Below, one piece after another: positions 55,525 through 64,000 of a stretch of DNA of 64,000 nt (position 1 is the stretch's first letter; every line of letters starts with the position of its first letter). The DNA is from an uncultured Christensenella sp. (lineage in GTDB: Bacteria > Bacillota > Clostridia > Christensenellales > UBA1242), in NCBI GenBank assembly GCA_964579205.1, contig CAZOFH010000005.1:6870-70869 (forward strand), in the 5' to 3' direction. The notes beneath the pieces are model-generated. The model saw nothing but the letters and a program-made list of their open reading frames with translations. It searched no databases and was not told the origin of the DNA. The position numbers and the translations under genes are program-made.

Positions 55525-58500
55525 TTATTTTACATTCAACAGTTGAGGGTACTTCCCGTCGACAAGGTTCCACACAGTGATGTCAAAACCGTCGCCGCGA
55601 CCAGTGAAAGTACTAATCTTTTTGCAATCCTCGTCAGTGTTCCTACCGTCATCACAAGCAAAGCCTTCGCTCAAGATAAAGTATGAATATTGACGCTCGA
55701 TCGAGTCAATCTTTGCACTCTCTGCCTCAATATGGTCATTGATATTGTAGATACAGTTCTCTACATAGCCCGCCAACTTTTTGTTGCCAGACCACCAGCC
55801 GTTAGTTTGTCTGATGACACTACCAGACTCCCAATATGCGTCACCTGCCTTTGTATCAAAAGTAGCGCTAGAATAGCAGTATGCCACTTTACCGCAGTTT
55901 GCCTCACTCTTGTATGGCAATTCAGCGACAAAACCAGCCATCAATTCACCCGACAACGCAGCGGTAGTATAACAATCTTTGATAGTACCGCACTCGTTGA
56001 GACCAGCGAGACCGCCAACCTTTTTACCTGACAGGCTACCAGCAGCATAACTCCTACTGATACCTACAAAACTAGCAGGGTTGTTATTAGTCACTAGCAA
56101 ATCGTTGACCGCAAACTTGCCGACAATTCCGCCGACATAATAACCGCCGTCAATGACAGCCTTTTTGGCAGAACAACGCTCAATCTTGCCCTCAGAAAAA
56201 CCTGCGACACCGCCCGCCAAGACATTCTCAGCAGTTTTGGTCACGATCTTACCTTGGAAAGATGACCCGCAGAGAGTCGCCATATTCACACCGACGATAC
56301 CACCAGTATAAACGAGCGCATTTCCATTCGACTTTGTGTCGATAGCGTAGCCAAAAGTGTCGTTTTCAGTGTTTAGGTTACCCAAATATTCGCAAGAATC
56401 AGCATAACCCTTGTTCTCTCCGAGTACACCGCCGACCAGCACTTGCTCAGAGCAAGCGCTAACGGTAATGTTTAGACTAACAGTCAGGTCATAAGCGTAC
56501 TTTTTGCTACCCAAATAGCCGATAGCACCGCCGACTACTGCTGCTTTTTTGTTTGAAACTGCGATTTTGTCAAAACCGTTCTCAGCAACACCTTGGACAA
56601 GTGTCTTGTTGTTCATCACTATAATTAGCGAATAACCAACATCGTTGACACCTTTCGCCTCACAGTAACCAATCACTGCTCCGACAAAAATTGTCTCATC
56701 TTGCTCCGCGCTGAGTTCGATTTTTACACCATTGATTTTGACGCCATTGATCACAGCCCTTTCGCCGACAAAACCAAACAAGCCGTAGTGTTTTAGCCCA
56801 CAATCGGTCACATACAAGTTCTGAATTTCAGCATCAGCACCCATAATAAATGTACCGTTGAAAGGCTGTTCTGGAGTACCGATAGGCACCCACGCTTCGG
56901 TCATCACAACATCTTTTGTAATATAATACGTCGCGGTGTATTCCTTGTTGTCATTGCTTGCCAAGTCTGCCTCAAATAGCGCCCTAAACTCTGCTTGAGT
57001 CATAGTAGCGCTAGGCTCAACGGGAGGCTCAATAGGCGTTTCTGGCGGAACAACAGGCTCCCCAGGGTCGGTTGGGTCAATAGGCTTGATAGGCTCTATT
57101 GGGTCGACAGGCTTGCCTTGGTAAATACCATTAAACACATACACAGGCATAGCGCTCGCGTCCGACCTAATGAATGGATATCCGCCATTTTCGGTTGATT
57201 TGATACCCCAAGTCTTAACAAAGTCCCAAGTCGTGTAAGCTCCGCTTTGACTGTAGGTCACATAGCCCAAAGTCGCATCAGCAGTAGCATCTGTCTGACT
57301 AATTCTCTCCAAATCAGCACTCGTAGCAACGCTTTTGAGTTGACTCTCGGTCAAACCGTTCGCAATGTAAGCATTTCCCGCCACATTACCAAAACCGATA
57401 CCAGCGAGAGTGCCGTTTTTCAAATAATAGTTACCGTAAACCCTATTACTGCTCTTTTGAGCCTCGGTAGTTGGGTTGAGGATAACGCCATATGTGCCGT
57501 CTCTATTTATATTTGCACCGATGATTGCACCGACACAAGCATTATTATCTACAGCACTGATTTTGCAGATTGCGTAGTTGTCCAAAACACTCGCTCTACT
57601 ATTCTGAGGAACGCCCGATGTATCGCTATAATAAGCGTAGTTGTAGCCGACCACACCGCCGACATAAGCAGCAGAATGCTCATCATTAGCGGTCGAGTTT
57701 ATCTCAACATTGACAGTGTTGTCCTTTATCAAACCACAAGCATCATTAGAGGCTACCAGACCTCCGACGATTTGGGCTCTCGAGGTAATTTTACCTGATA
57801 CAGAACAGTACATTACCCTTGCGGTATAAGTATTAGCCTTTGCTTCGCCGCTATTTAACACCGTGATACCAGCATCGCCATCCAGTGATTTTTTAGTATT
57901 CGTGATAGAAAGCCCCTGAATATTAACGAATTGGATAACACCAGCATTCATCAAAGCCACACCAGCCGTAGCGTCATACGCACCATTGATCACCACATTA
58001 TTCATATTAATGCGAGTAACCACACCGTTTGAGCCAATCGCACCGAAAAGCCCTGCAACTTGTGCATCAAACACGTTAGCCTCCTCGGTAGAAGTAGCCC
58101 CGCTAGCGCTCTCAGCGACCGTTTCAGAGCCACCAGTGCCTGTTGTCTCGTCACTTGGTGCAATGTTGGTCATCGTAAAATTGTTGATAAAATGCCCATT
58201 CCCGTTGTAAACGCCCTCAAAACAACTCTCTTGCGCCCACCCGATAGGAGACCACGAAGTCGTACCCAAACTCATATCAATGTCAGCGACCTGCAAGTAG
58301 TTTAGGTTCAGAGCGAATTTTGTAGTATTACCAATATTCGCCAAATCGTCATAATTACGGACAAAGTAAGGATTACTTTCCGTACCGTCGCCCACACGGA
58401 CGGTTAGGCTGAGACCAGCATATTTGGGGTTGGATGTTTGCAGCAAAACCTCAACTTTCCCACCCTTTTCTGTAGTCTCAAAACGAAAAACATTATCACT

Positions 58501-58755
58501 CACACGCTCTTTGAGTTTTAGCACAGTCTCATCCGTACTAATCAATGTATAAGTATCCTTTGTCGCATACGTCCTATACACGGTGATATCAAGAGTCTCA
58601 CCAGTGTTAACATAGCGAACAAGGCTATCATCTTTGCCATCAGAAAAACTGAAAACTTCTTCACTACGCATAAAGTAGAAAATAGTCAAAGCAACAGTAA
58701 CGATGACCAGTACCGCCAGCAGGAATACCAAAAACCTATCGACAACTTTGTTCAT
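55525..58755 (-). CDS. Large (1076 aa) surface protein with multiple GLUG motifs and an N-terminal signal anchor
   Basis: 'FLVFLLAVLVIVTVALTIFYF' is the anchor. The GG[VIL][VAL]G repeats include VGGVVGYN, VGGAIGYL, VGGVLGEN, TGGIVGVN, AGGVAGFS, VGGIVGKF and VGGLAGLN. A Pro-rich linker reads 'PIEPIKPIDPTDPGEPVVPPETPIEPPVEP'. The protein resembles the C-terminal part of the giant 13211..20887 protein. Confidence 0.75.
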   Translation of the reverse strand: MNKVVDRFLVFLLAVLVIVTVALTIFYFMRSEEVFSFSDGKDDSLVRYVNTGETLDITVYRTYATKDTYTLISTDETVLKLKERVSDNVFRFETTEKGGKVEVLLQTSNPKYAGLSLTVRVGDGTESNPYFVRNYDDLANIGNTTKFALNLNYLQVADIDMSLGTTSWSPIGWAQESCFEGVYNGNGHFINNFTMTNIAPSDETTGTGGSETVAESASGATSTEEANVFDAQVAGLFGAIGSNGVVTRINMNNVVINGAYDATAGVALMNAGVIQFVNIQGLSITNTKKSLDGDAGITVLNSGEAKANTYTARVMYCSVSGKITSRAQIVGGLVASNDACGLIKDNTVNVEINSTANDEHSAAYVGGVVGYNYAYYSDTSGVPQNSRASVLDNYAICKISAVDNNACVGAIIGANINRDGTYGVILNPTTEAQKSSNRVYGNYYLKNGTLAGIGFGNVAGNAYIANGLTESQLKSVATSADLERISQTDATADATLGYVTYSQSGAYTTWDFVKTWGIKSTENGGYPFIRSDASAMPVYVFNGIYQGKPVDPIEPIKPIDPTDPGEPVVPPETPIEPPVEPSATMTQAEFRALFEADLASNDNKEYTATYYITKDVVMTEAWVPIGTPEQPFNGTFIMGADAEIQNLYVTDCGLKHYGLFGFVGERAVINGVKINGVKIELSAEQDETIFVGAVIGYCEAKGVNDVGYSLIIVMNNKTLVQGVAENGFDKIAVSNKKAAVVGGAIGYLGSKKYAYDLTVSLNITVSACSEQVLVGGVLGENKGYADSCEYLGNLNTENDTFGYAIDTKSNGNALVYTGGIVGVNMATLCGSSFQGKIVTKTAENVLAGGVAGFSEGKIERCSAKKAVIDGGYYVGGIVGKFAVNDLLVTNNNPASFVGISRSYAAGSLSGKKVGGLAGLNECGTIKDCYTTAALSGELMAGFVAELPYKSEANCGKVAYCYSSATFDTKAGDAYWESGSVIRQTNGWWSGNKKLAGYVENCIYNINDHIEAESAKIDSIERQYSYFILSEGFACDDGRNTDEDCKKISTFTGRGDGFDITVWNLVDGKYPQLLNVK

Positions 58756-58955
58756 ATTTTTCCCCTCTTTGTTTTATTCTCATAATTATATCATATTTTG
58801 ATTAAAATGTCAATACTCTTTGGAATATTATCGACCAAAATTACCAAAATTGAATTTTTGCATCCGACTTTTGGTGGTGTATGCGTGAATATTATTAATT
58901 TTTTTGCATAATTATAAACACAACAACCTTTTCAAATAACAGTTGAAAAGGTCTC

Positions 58956-59297
58956 TCATAGTCCCAAACTTATTGCCAAAGCGGTGTCGATTTCGCCTAG
59001 TTTTTGGGCAGCATTACCGATTTTTTCTATCAATCTAGCCTTGTCAAGAGTGCGAATTTGCTCTAGCAAAACGACACTATTTTTCTCCAAACCATATGTA
59101 TCGCCGCACAATTCAATATGTGTCGGGAGTTTTGCTTTGTTAATTTTGCTAGTGATCGCCGCGACGATAATTGTGGGGCTATATTTGTTGCCGACATCAT
59201 TTTGCACCACCAAAACGGGGCGTACTCCGCCCTGCTCGCTCCCTACTACAGGAGAAAGATTTGCATAAAAAATGTCGCCACGCCGTATCGAAAACAC
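58956..59297 (-). CDS. mazF: MazF/EndoA (PemK-family) mRNA interferase toxin
   Basis: '[59 protein letters not shown]' is very close to B. subtilis EndoA as I recall it. The start is tentatively the GTG at 59297; the track ORF begins at a TTG at 59321. Confidence 0.88.
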   Translation of the reverse strand: MFSIRRGDIFYANLSPVVGSEQGGVRPVLVVQNDVGNKYSPTIIVAAITSKINKAKLPTHIELCGDTYGLEKNSVVLLEQIRTLDKARLIEKIGNAAQKLGEIDTALAISLGL

Positions 59298-59302
59298 AGT
59301 AT

Positions 59303-59479
59303 TTACTGCTCCTTTAACCAATTTTCGTAATCAAAATCAGCAAAATCGCCCCAAATCTCTTCCGCACGAAAACCGTCAAAAAAGCGATAATCTTCTCGAA
59401 ATAATATATGCTCGCGAGGCGAAATTGTGTGCCTCGAATGCTGAGCCAATTCCTGCTGATAAGATTCAAAATCTCTCAT
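59303..59479 (-). CDS. Short (58 aa) putative MazF antitoxin
   Basis: My own translation is [58 protein letters not shown]. It ends a few nt upstream of mazF and has an acidic/aromatic C-terminus like MazE tails. I see no obvious RHH or AbrB N-terminal domain. Confidence 0.45.
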   Translation of the reverse strand: MRDFESYQQELAQHSRHTISPREHILFREDYRFFDGFRAEEIWGDFADFDYENWLKEQ

Positions 59480-59570
59480 ATTAATTTATACCTTTTAACA
59501 CAAATTTTATACCTAAAAATAAAAAATATAGACTGTCAAATCTATATTTTGTAAATTCTCAAAAATTATT

Positions 59571-59942
59571 CTAAATAATTATACAATTTGCGACCGCATA
59601 CTCCGCCTCGTGCGAAATGGACACCGCAATTTCTTTTGCTGACATTTGCGAAAAAATTTTTTCTGCATAATTATGCAAAAAAACCACAGGCGCGCCATCA
59701 TTATTAGGGAGGATTTCTATATCGATAAAATTCACCCCACTGCCGATACCGCAGCCCAACGCCTTGGCAACCGCCTCTTTTGCGCAAAATTTGCCCGCCA
59801 TTCGCTCTGCCTGCCCCGCCTCTGTGCGATGAAAGCGGATATGCTCACATTCTTTTGCAGTAAAGACACGAGTCAAAAACGCCTCATCATCAATTTTTTG
59901 ATTAAATCTTTCGATTTTTGCTATATCAATCCCAGTCCTCAT
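59571..59942 (-). CDS. acpS: Holo-[acyl-carrier-protein] synthase
   Basis: 'GIDIAKIERF', 'FCAKEAVAKALG' and 'SISHEAEYAVA'. Confidence 0.9.
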   Translation of the reverse strand: MRTGIDIAKIERFNQKIDDEAFLTRVFTAKECEHIRFHRTEAGQAERMAGKFCAKEAVAKALGCGIGSGVNFIDIEILPNNDGAPVVFLHNYAEKIFSQMSAKEIAVSISHEAEYAVANCIII

Positions 59943-60552
59943 AATTCTCCTTTTTCATCTGACTAACCACCCTATCGATTTCGTTCCACTCAAAGCCTTT
60001 GCCACTCAAAAATCTATATAGTTTTGCAAAATTGGCGGCAGAAAAGTCCTTGTTTTGCATATATTTGTGCGCAAGAGAGGCTATCGTATCGTCCTGCGTC
60101 TCCAAACCAACCAACGCTGCCTCAATGATTTGCGAATTTATCCCCTTTGTTGATAGCAAATATTTTAGTTTCGTTTTACCATACTTTAAGCAATAGGTCC
60201 GCACAAACATTTGGGCATACTGAGCGTCGTCAAGATATTGGTAAGCGACCAACTTGGTTATGACTGCGTCAATAATTTTGTCAAAATACCCCTTACCGCG
60301 CAAATTTTCACGAACTTGACTAATCGTTTTGGGAGTTTTGCTGATTAGATTTATTGCCTGTTCAAAAGCGTAATCAGTCTCACTTTCGAGTGAAATTCCC
60401 TCCAACTTTTCCAGCGAAATCTCCTGCCCAACAGATAATTTGTATTTGAAAACGGTAAACTCGTCTAGCGTGCATACAAACACCCCATCGATGTAGATGT
60501 GCCGACGCGCTTTTTTGGACTTTGCAATTTTAATTTCTGTGATTTGCCCCAT
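59926..60552 (-). CDS. recX: Regulatory protein RecX
   Basis: Repeated three-helix modules ('AFEQAINLISKTPKTISQVRENLRGKGY', 'YLDDAQYAQMFVRTY', 'KLKYLLSTKGI'). The gene overlaps acpS by 17 nt. Confidence 0.75.
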   Translation of the reverse strand: MGQITEIKIAKSKKARRHIYIDGVFVCTLDEFTVFKYKLSVGQEISLEKLEGISLESETDYAFEQAINLISKTPKTISQVRENLRGKGYFDKIIDAVITKLVAYQYLDDAQYAQMFVRTYCLKYGKTKLKYLLSTKGINSQIIEAALVGLETQDDTIASLAHKYMQNKDFSAANFAKLYRFLSGKGFEWNEIDRVVSQMKKENYEDWD

Positions 60553-60562
60553 TTACCCTCCG

Positions 60563-61147
60563 TTATTCAAAAGCAAACATACCCTGTTTTTCAAGTTCGG
60601 CGTCGAGAATTTTCTCTTCAACCCCAGCAACAAACTTGACGGTAGCGCATTCACCAAAGTCAGTGTCCAAAATCTTGATTTTTCGATTTTTGAGACTGTT
60701 GACAAAGGGCTGATATTGCTTAAAATCCATTGATTTTTGATAAAAATTTGCATTTTCCCAGAGTACTTTTTGCGCCGATTTTAGACACTCTGTCACCGCT
60801 CCGGTGTACGCGCGCAATAGTCCGCCTGCGCCCAATTTTACGCCACCAAAATATCGCACGACTACAGCAACAAGATCAAAGAGCCCCTGTTTTTCCAAAA
60901 CTTCCATCATCGGCATACCAGCGGTTCCCGATGGTTCGCCGTCATCACTCATTTTCGCCGAATTTTGTAACCTATACGCAAAACAAACGTGACGCGCATC
61001 TTTGTATTCTTGGCGTTTTTGAGCAATAAAATCTTCCGCATCTTCCGCCGAAGTGATATGCTTTACAAAACACAAAAAGCGGGATTTGTTTATCAAAATC
61101 TCGCTATAAAAAATTTGTTTATCAGCAACAGAAAGTAATTTTTCCAT
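60563..61147 (-). CDS. yigZ: YigZ/IMPACT-family protein (UPF0029)
   Basis: 'KDARHVCFAYRL..DDGEPSGTAGMPMMEVL..VVRYFGGVKLGAGGLLRAY'. Confidence 0.85.
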   Translation of the reverse strand: MEKLLSVADKQIFYSEILINKSRFLCFVKHITSAEDAEDFIAQKRQEYKDARHVCFAYRLQNSAKMSDDGEPSGTAGMPMMEVLEKQGLFDLVAVVVRYFGGVKLGAGGLLRAYTGAVTECLKSAQKVLWENANFYQKSMDFKQYQPFVNSLKNRKIKILDTDFGECATVKFVAGVEEKILDAELEKQGMFAFE

Positions 61148-62346
61148 TATTTTACGATCACTCTAATTATATTCTTTTTACCTTTCTTTAGGACGAAACT
61201 GCTAGCAGGACATTTAAAGTCCAAGTCCGAAATCACACGCTCATCTACTTTGATTCCACCGCCAGCAATCAACTTTTTGGCATCGCCGCGCGACTGAGCG
61301 AAGCCCAGAGCAATCAAAACATCTATGATACCGCGGTTTTCTGCCGAAATTTCTTTTTCCAACATCTCACTACCGTCACCACAGAAAGCGCCACGAGCCT
61401 GACGGAGAGCCGCATTGGCAGCATCTTCGCCGCGGATAAGTTTGGTCACTTCGTACGCGAGCCTTTCTTTGGCAATATTTATGTCCTTGCCAGTGTGTTT
61501 GCAAATTTCTTTTATCTCTTCGGTCGGCAAAAGGGTGAGCATAAAGAACCATTCTTGCACCTTTTCGTCCTCGACGTTACGAATAACCTGAAAAAGGTCG
61601 TAATCACTAAATTTGTCACCGTCCAGCCAAACCGCTCCGCCAGCAGACTTACCCATTTTTGTCCCGTCAGCCTTGGTAAGGAGCGGAGAAGTCAAGCAAA
61701 ACACCTGCGCTTTATCTTCTTTTTTCTTTATCAAGTCAGCACCAGCGACAATATTCCCCCACTGGTCACTACCGCCCAATTCTACAGTACAGTTGTAATT
61801 TTTGTACAAGTGGTAAAAGTCGTACGCCTGCATCGGCATATAGTTGAATTCCAAAAAACTGAGTCCATTCGCCATTCTTTGCTCAAAACAGCCCGACGAC
61901 AACATTTTGTTGACCGACATATTCAAACCGACCACATTCATAAAATCAATAAAGCCCATATCCTTGTACCAGTCATCGTTGTTTACAATCACCAGTTTAT
62001 TCGAGCAATTTGGGTCAAAAAAAGATGCGAGTTGAGTCTTAATTTTGCGAACATTCTCATCACGCTGCTCTTGCGTAATCATAGGACGCATATCATTCCT
62101 ACCGGTTGGGTCGCCAATTCGCCCAGTCGCGCCACCAATCAGAGCAATCGGGGTGTGCCCCGCCCTCTGCATACGCACCAACTGCAAAATAGTACCCAAA
62201 TGACCTATGTGCAGACTGTCTGCCGTCGGGTCATAACCAGCATAGCAGACGACCCTCTCTTTGCTCATAATTTGTTTCAATTCGTCCAAGTTGATAGACT
62301 GGTAAATCAGCCCACGCTCTTGCATATCATCAATCAAGTCTTTCAT
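61147..62346 (-). CDS. tyrS: Tyrosine--tRNA ligase
   Basis: 'GYDPTADSLHIGHL' (HIGH), 'KMGKSAGGAVWLD' (KMSKS) and a C-terminal S4-like domain. The stop overlaps the yigZ start as TAATG. Confidence 0.95.
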   Translation of the reverse strand: MKDLIDDMQERGLIYQSINLDELKQIMSKERVVCYAGYDPTADSLHIGHLGTILQLVRMQRAGHTPIALIGGATGRIGDPTGRNDMRPMITQEQRDENVRKIKTQLASFFDPNCSNKLVIVNNDDWYKDMGFIDFMNVVGLNMSVNKMLSSGCFEQRMANGLSFLEFNYMPMQAYDFYHLYKNYNCTVELGGSDQWGNIVAGADLIKKKEDKAQVFCLTSPLLTKADGTKMGKSAGGAVWLDGDKFSDYDLFQVIRNVEDEKVQEWFFMLTLLPTEEIKEICKHTGKDINIAKERLAYEVTKLIRGEDAANAALRQARGAFCGDGSEMLEKEISAENRGIIDVLIALGFAQSRGDAKKLIAGGGIKVDERVISDLDFKCPASSFVLKKGKKNIIRVIVK

Positions 62347-62372
62347 AAGAAACTCCTTTTAATTACTACTAT

Positions 62373-62401
62373 ATGATACCACAAAAAGCCTAAAATAGCA
62401 A
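62373..62401 (-). promoter_or_regulatory. Promoter for tyrS (TTGCTA-N17-TGgTATCAT), giving a leader of only about 25 nt
   Basis: On the minus strand, TTGCTA lies at 62396-62401 and TATCAT at 62373-62378 with an upstream TG. The terminator of the upstream gene, AAAAAAGGC-tta-GCCTTTTTT, lies at about 62408-62430. Confidence 0.45.
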
Positions 62402-62431
62402 GAATAAATAAAAAAAAAGGCTTAGCCTTTT

Positions 62432-62920
62432 TTACTGCCTCTCGAGTTGCAAATCCTCACTTTGAGATTTTGGCTCAGCCTTTGACTCTTTGTCATCCCA
62501 AAAATCTTTTAACCCCGTAACTCTGTCGAGTGACCTGCTATCAACAACTTTTTGATAATAATCTTCACAATCCCTCAACAATTTGACTGGATAAGCATCC
62601 CTATCGCTTCTTGCAACAGTCTTTAGAGACTCTATAAATGAATAGTCGCAATGTTCAATCATAAATTTAAGATGCGCTTTTTCTGGAGTAACATCGAAAA
62701 CTGTAACATCCCTCGACTCACTCATATTCTCATCGCACATATCCTCTAACTGAAATGTCACAACATATGCGTAGTTGCCATTCTCGCACGGCTCATCAAA
62801 ACTCATTTGGCAGTCAATACCGACAATATTCTTGCCATCACATTCATCTTTTAGATAAAACTCTTTTACATACTGCTCAATAACATCTTTTGAAAAATTA
62901 CCAAAATGCATAACACCCAC
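62432..62920 (-). CDS. Hypothetical cytoplasmic protein (Cys- and Asp/Glu-rich)
   Basis: A clean 162-aa ORF. I recognise no family. Confidence 0.45.
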   Translation of the reverse strand: MGVMHFGNFSKDVIEQYVKEFYLKDECDGKNIVGIDCQMSFDEPCENGNYAYVVTFQLEDMCDENMSESRDVTVFDVTPEKAHLKFMIEHCDYSFIESLKTVARSDRDAYPVKLLRDCEDYYQKVVDSRSLDRVTGLKDFWDDKESKAEPKSQSEDLQLERQ

Positions 62921-63077
62921 ACTCCTTTACTGTTTGCTATTATTATACACAATTTTTGCTATCTGTCAATGCAAATTATAAAAATTTATAAAAATAAGGG
63001 CAAAATATGCCGAATTGTTTTTGAAAAAAGCGCTTTTATGCTATAATTATGTTGACAAAAAATTAAGGAGTAAACAT

Positions 63078-63767
63078 ATGAAAGAACGAAACTGTTGCAT
63101 AAAAACGAATTCTTGCCCGCACTTGGGTCCTGCGCCAATACCGCAAGAAGGCTTTTTTGAACAGGTAAAGAGCATCGAAGGCATTAGCGGATTTAGCCAC
63201 GGATGCGGAAAATGTGCGCCGCGGCAAGGCGTATGCAAATTGACTCTGAATGTCAAGAACGGGATTATCAGAGAAGCACTGGTCGAGACTGTTGGCTGCA
63301 GTGGAATGACACACTCGGCTTGTATGGCGGGCGAAATTTTGGTCGGGCTCACCCTTTTGGAGGCGCTCAACACCGACCTAGTCTGCGACGCTATCAACGA
63401 CGCGATGAAAGATATTTTCTTGCAACTTGCTTACGGGCGGAGTCAAAGCGCCTTTTCTATAGGAGGGTTACCTCTTGGTGCGGGCGTAGAAGAACTGGGT
63501 TCCTCTCACCACAGCCGTGTCGGCACAGTTTATTCTAGCGAGAAATGTGGCGTCAGGTATTACAACACGACTGAGGGCTATATCACCAGACTTGCTTTGG
63601 ACAAAAATAAAGAAGTTATCGGATACGAATTTGTAAATTTGCCGAAATTACTAAAAAATATTCGCAGTGGAATGTCTGGTCAAGAAGCTTTGGCAAAATC
63701 GAGCGGCGCGTATGGAAGATTTGACGAAGCGAAAGAAATTATCGACACTATGGAGGAGCAAATATGA
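63078..63767 (+). CDS. NifU/IscU-like domain protein
   Basis: The ATG at 63078 follows AAGGAG. 'CGKCAPRQGVCKLTLNVKNGIIREALVETVGCSGMTHSACMAGEILVGLTLLEAL' resembles the IscU/NifU N-terminal scaffold layout with three Cys. Confidence 0.5.
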   Translation: MKERNCCIKTNSCPHLGPAPIPQEGFFEQVKSIEGISGFSHGCGKCAPRQGVCKLTLNVKNGIIREALVETVGCSGMTHSACMAGEILVGLTLLEALNTDLVCDAINDAMKDIFLQLAYGRSQSAFSIGGLPLGAGVEELGSSHHSRVGTVYSSEKCGVRYYNTTEGYITRLALDKNKEVIGYEFVNLPKLLKNIRSGMSGQEALAKSSGAYGRFDEAKEIIDTMEEQI

Positions 63768-64000
63768 TAAACTATTTTGAGGGTTATGACGAAAGAGCAA
63801 AAAAAATCAACCATTTACTCGCTAAATATGGCATTAAATCGCTCCAAGAGGCTTATGATTTGGCTGAAAGCGTGCTAAACTGCGAGGATTTTGTCAAAAA
63901 AGTGCAACCGATTGTGTTTGAGAATGCTGTTTGGGCTTTTCGTATAGGTGTTGCTTTGGCTGCAAAAACTCAAACTCGGGCGGCTCAAGATATTGCCCTT
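63764..64000 (+). CDS. Hypothetical protein, N-terminal fragment (runs off the window)
   Basis: The ATG at 63764 overlaps the upstream stop as ATGA. The frame stays open to base 64000. Confidence 0.4.
   Translation, partial: MINYFEGYDERAKKINHLLAKYGIKSLQEAYDLAESVLNCEDFVKKVQPIVFENAVWAFRIGVALAAKTQTRAAQDIAL

Overview
The window looks like chromosomal DNA from a spore-forming Firmicute of clostridial type. Spo0A, a SpoIVFB-like M50 protease and a Ger(x)C fragment are all present. Housekeeping blocks are easy to recognise from the translations: rpsF-ssb-rpsR, ppa-lepB, a DnaB/DnaD-family gene with dnaI, lgt, a DivIVA-domain gene, mreB-like-minD-minE-spoIVFB, spo0A, rpoB-rpoC, and tyrS-yigZ-recX-acpS-mazEF. 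Two tRNAs are present, Arg-CCU and an unusual Leu-AAG. Between these blocks there are many very large cell-surface proteins: a 2558-aa lipoprotein with FN3-like repeats and GLUG motifs, a 1076-aa GLUG protein, two roughly 900-aa transglutaminase-like proteins flanking rpoBC, an M1 peptidase lipoprotein, and a 904-aa Sel1-repeat protein. The most interesting region is 2.3-9.1 kb on the minus strand. It holds a SipW-type (archaeal/ER-type) signal peptidase followed by five paralogous secreted proteins whose N-termini resemble the SipW-dependent TasA/camelysin signal peptide. One paralog has a leader of about 470 nt. The locus is bracketed and interrupted by four copies of a roughly 60-100 nt intergenic element whose two hairpins keep pairing while changing sequence. 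I could not assign that element or the leader to any RNA family I know. No CRISPR array, IS element, integrase or prophage genes were seen. All calls come from reading the sequence and ORF translations by eye; no searches were run.
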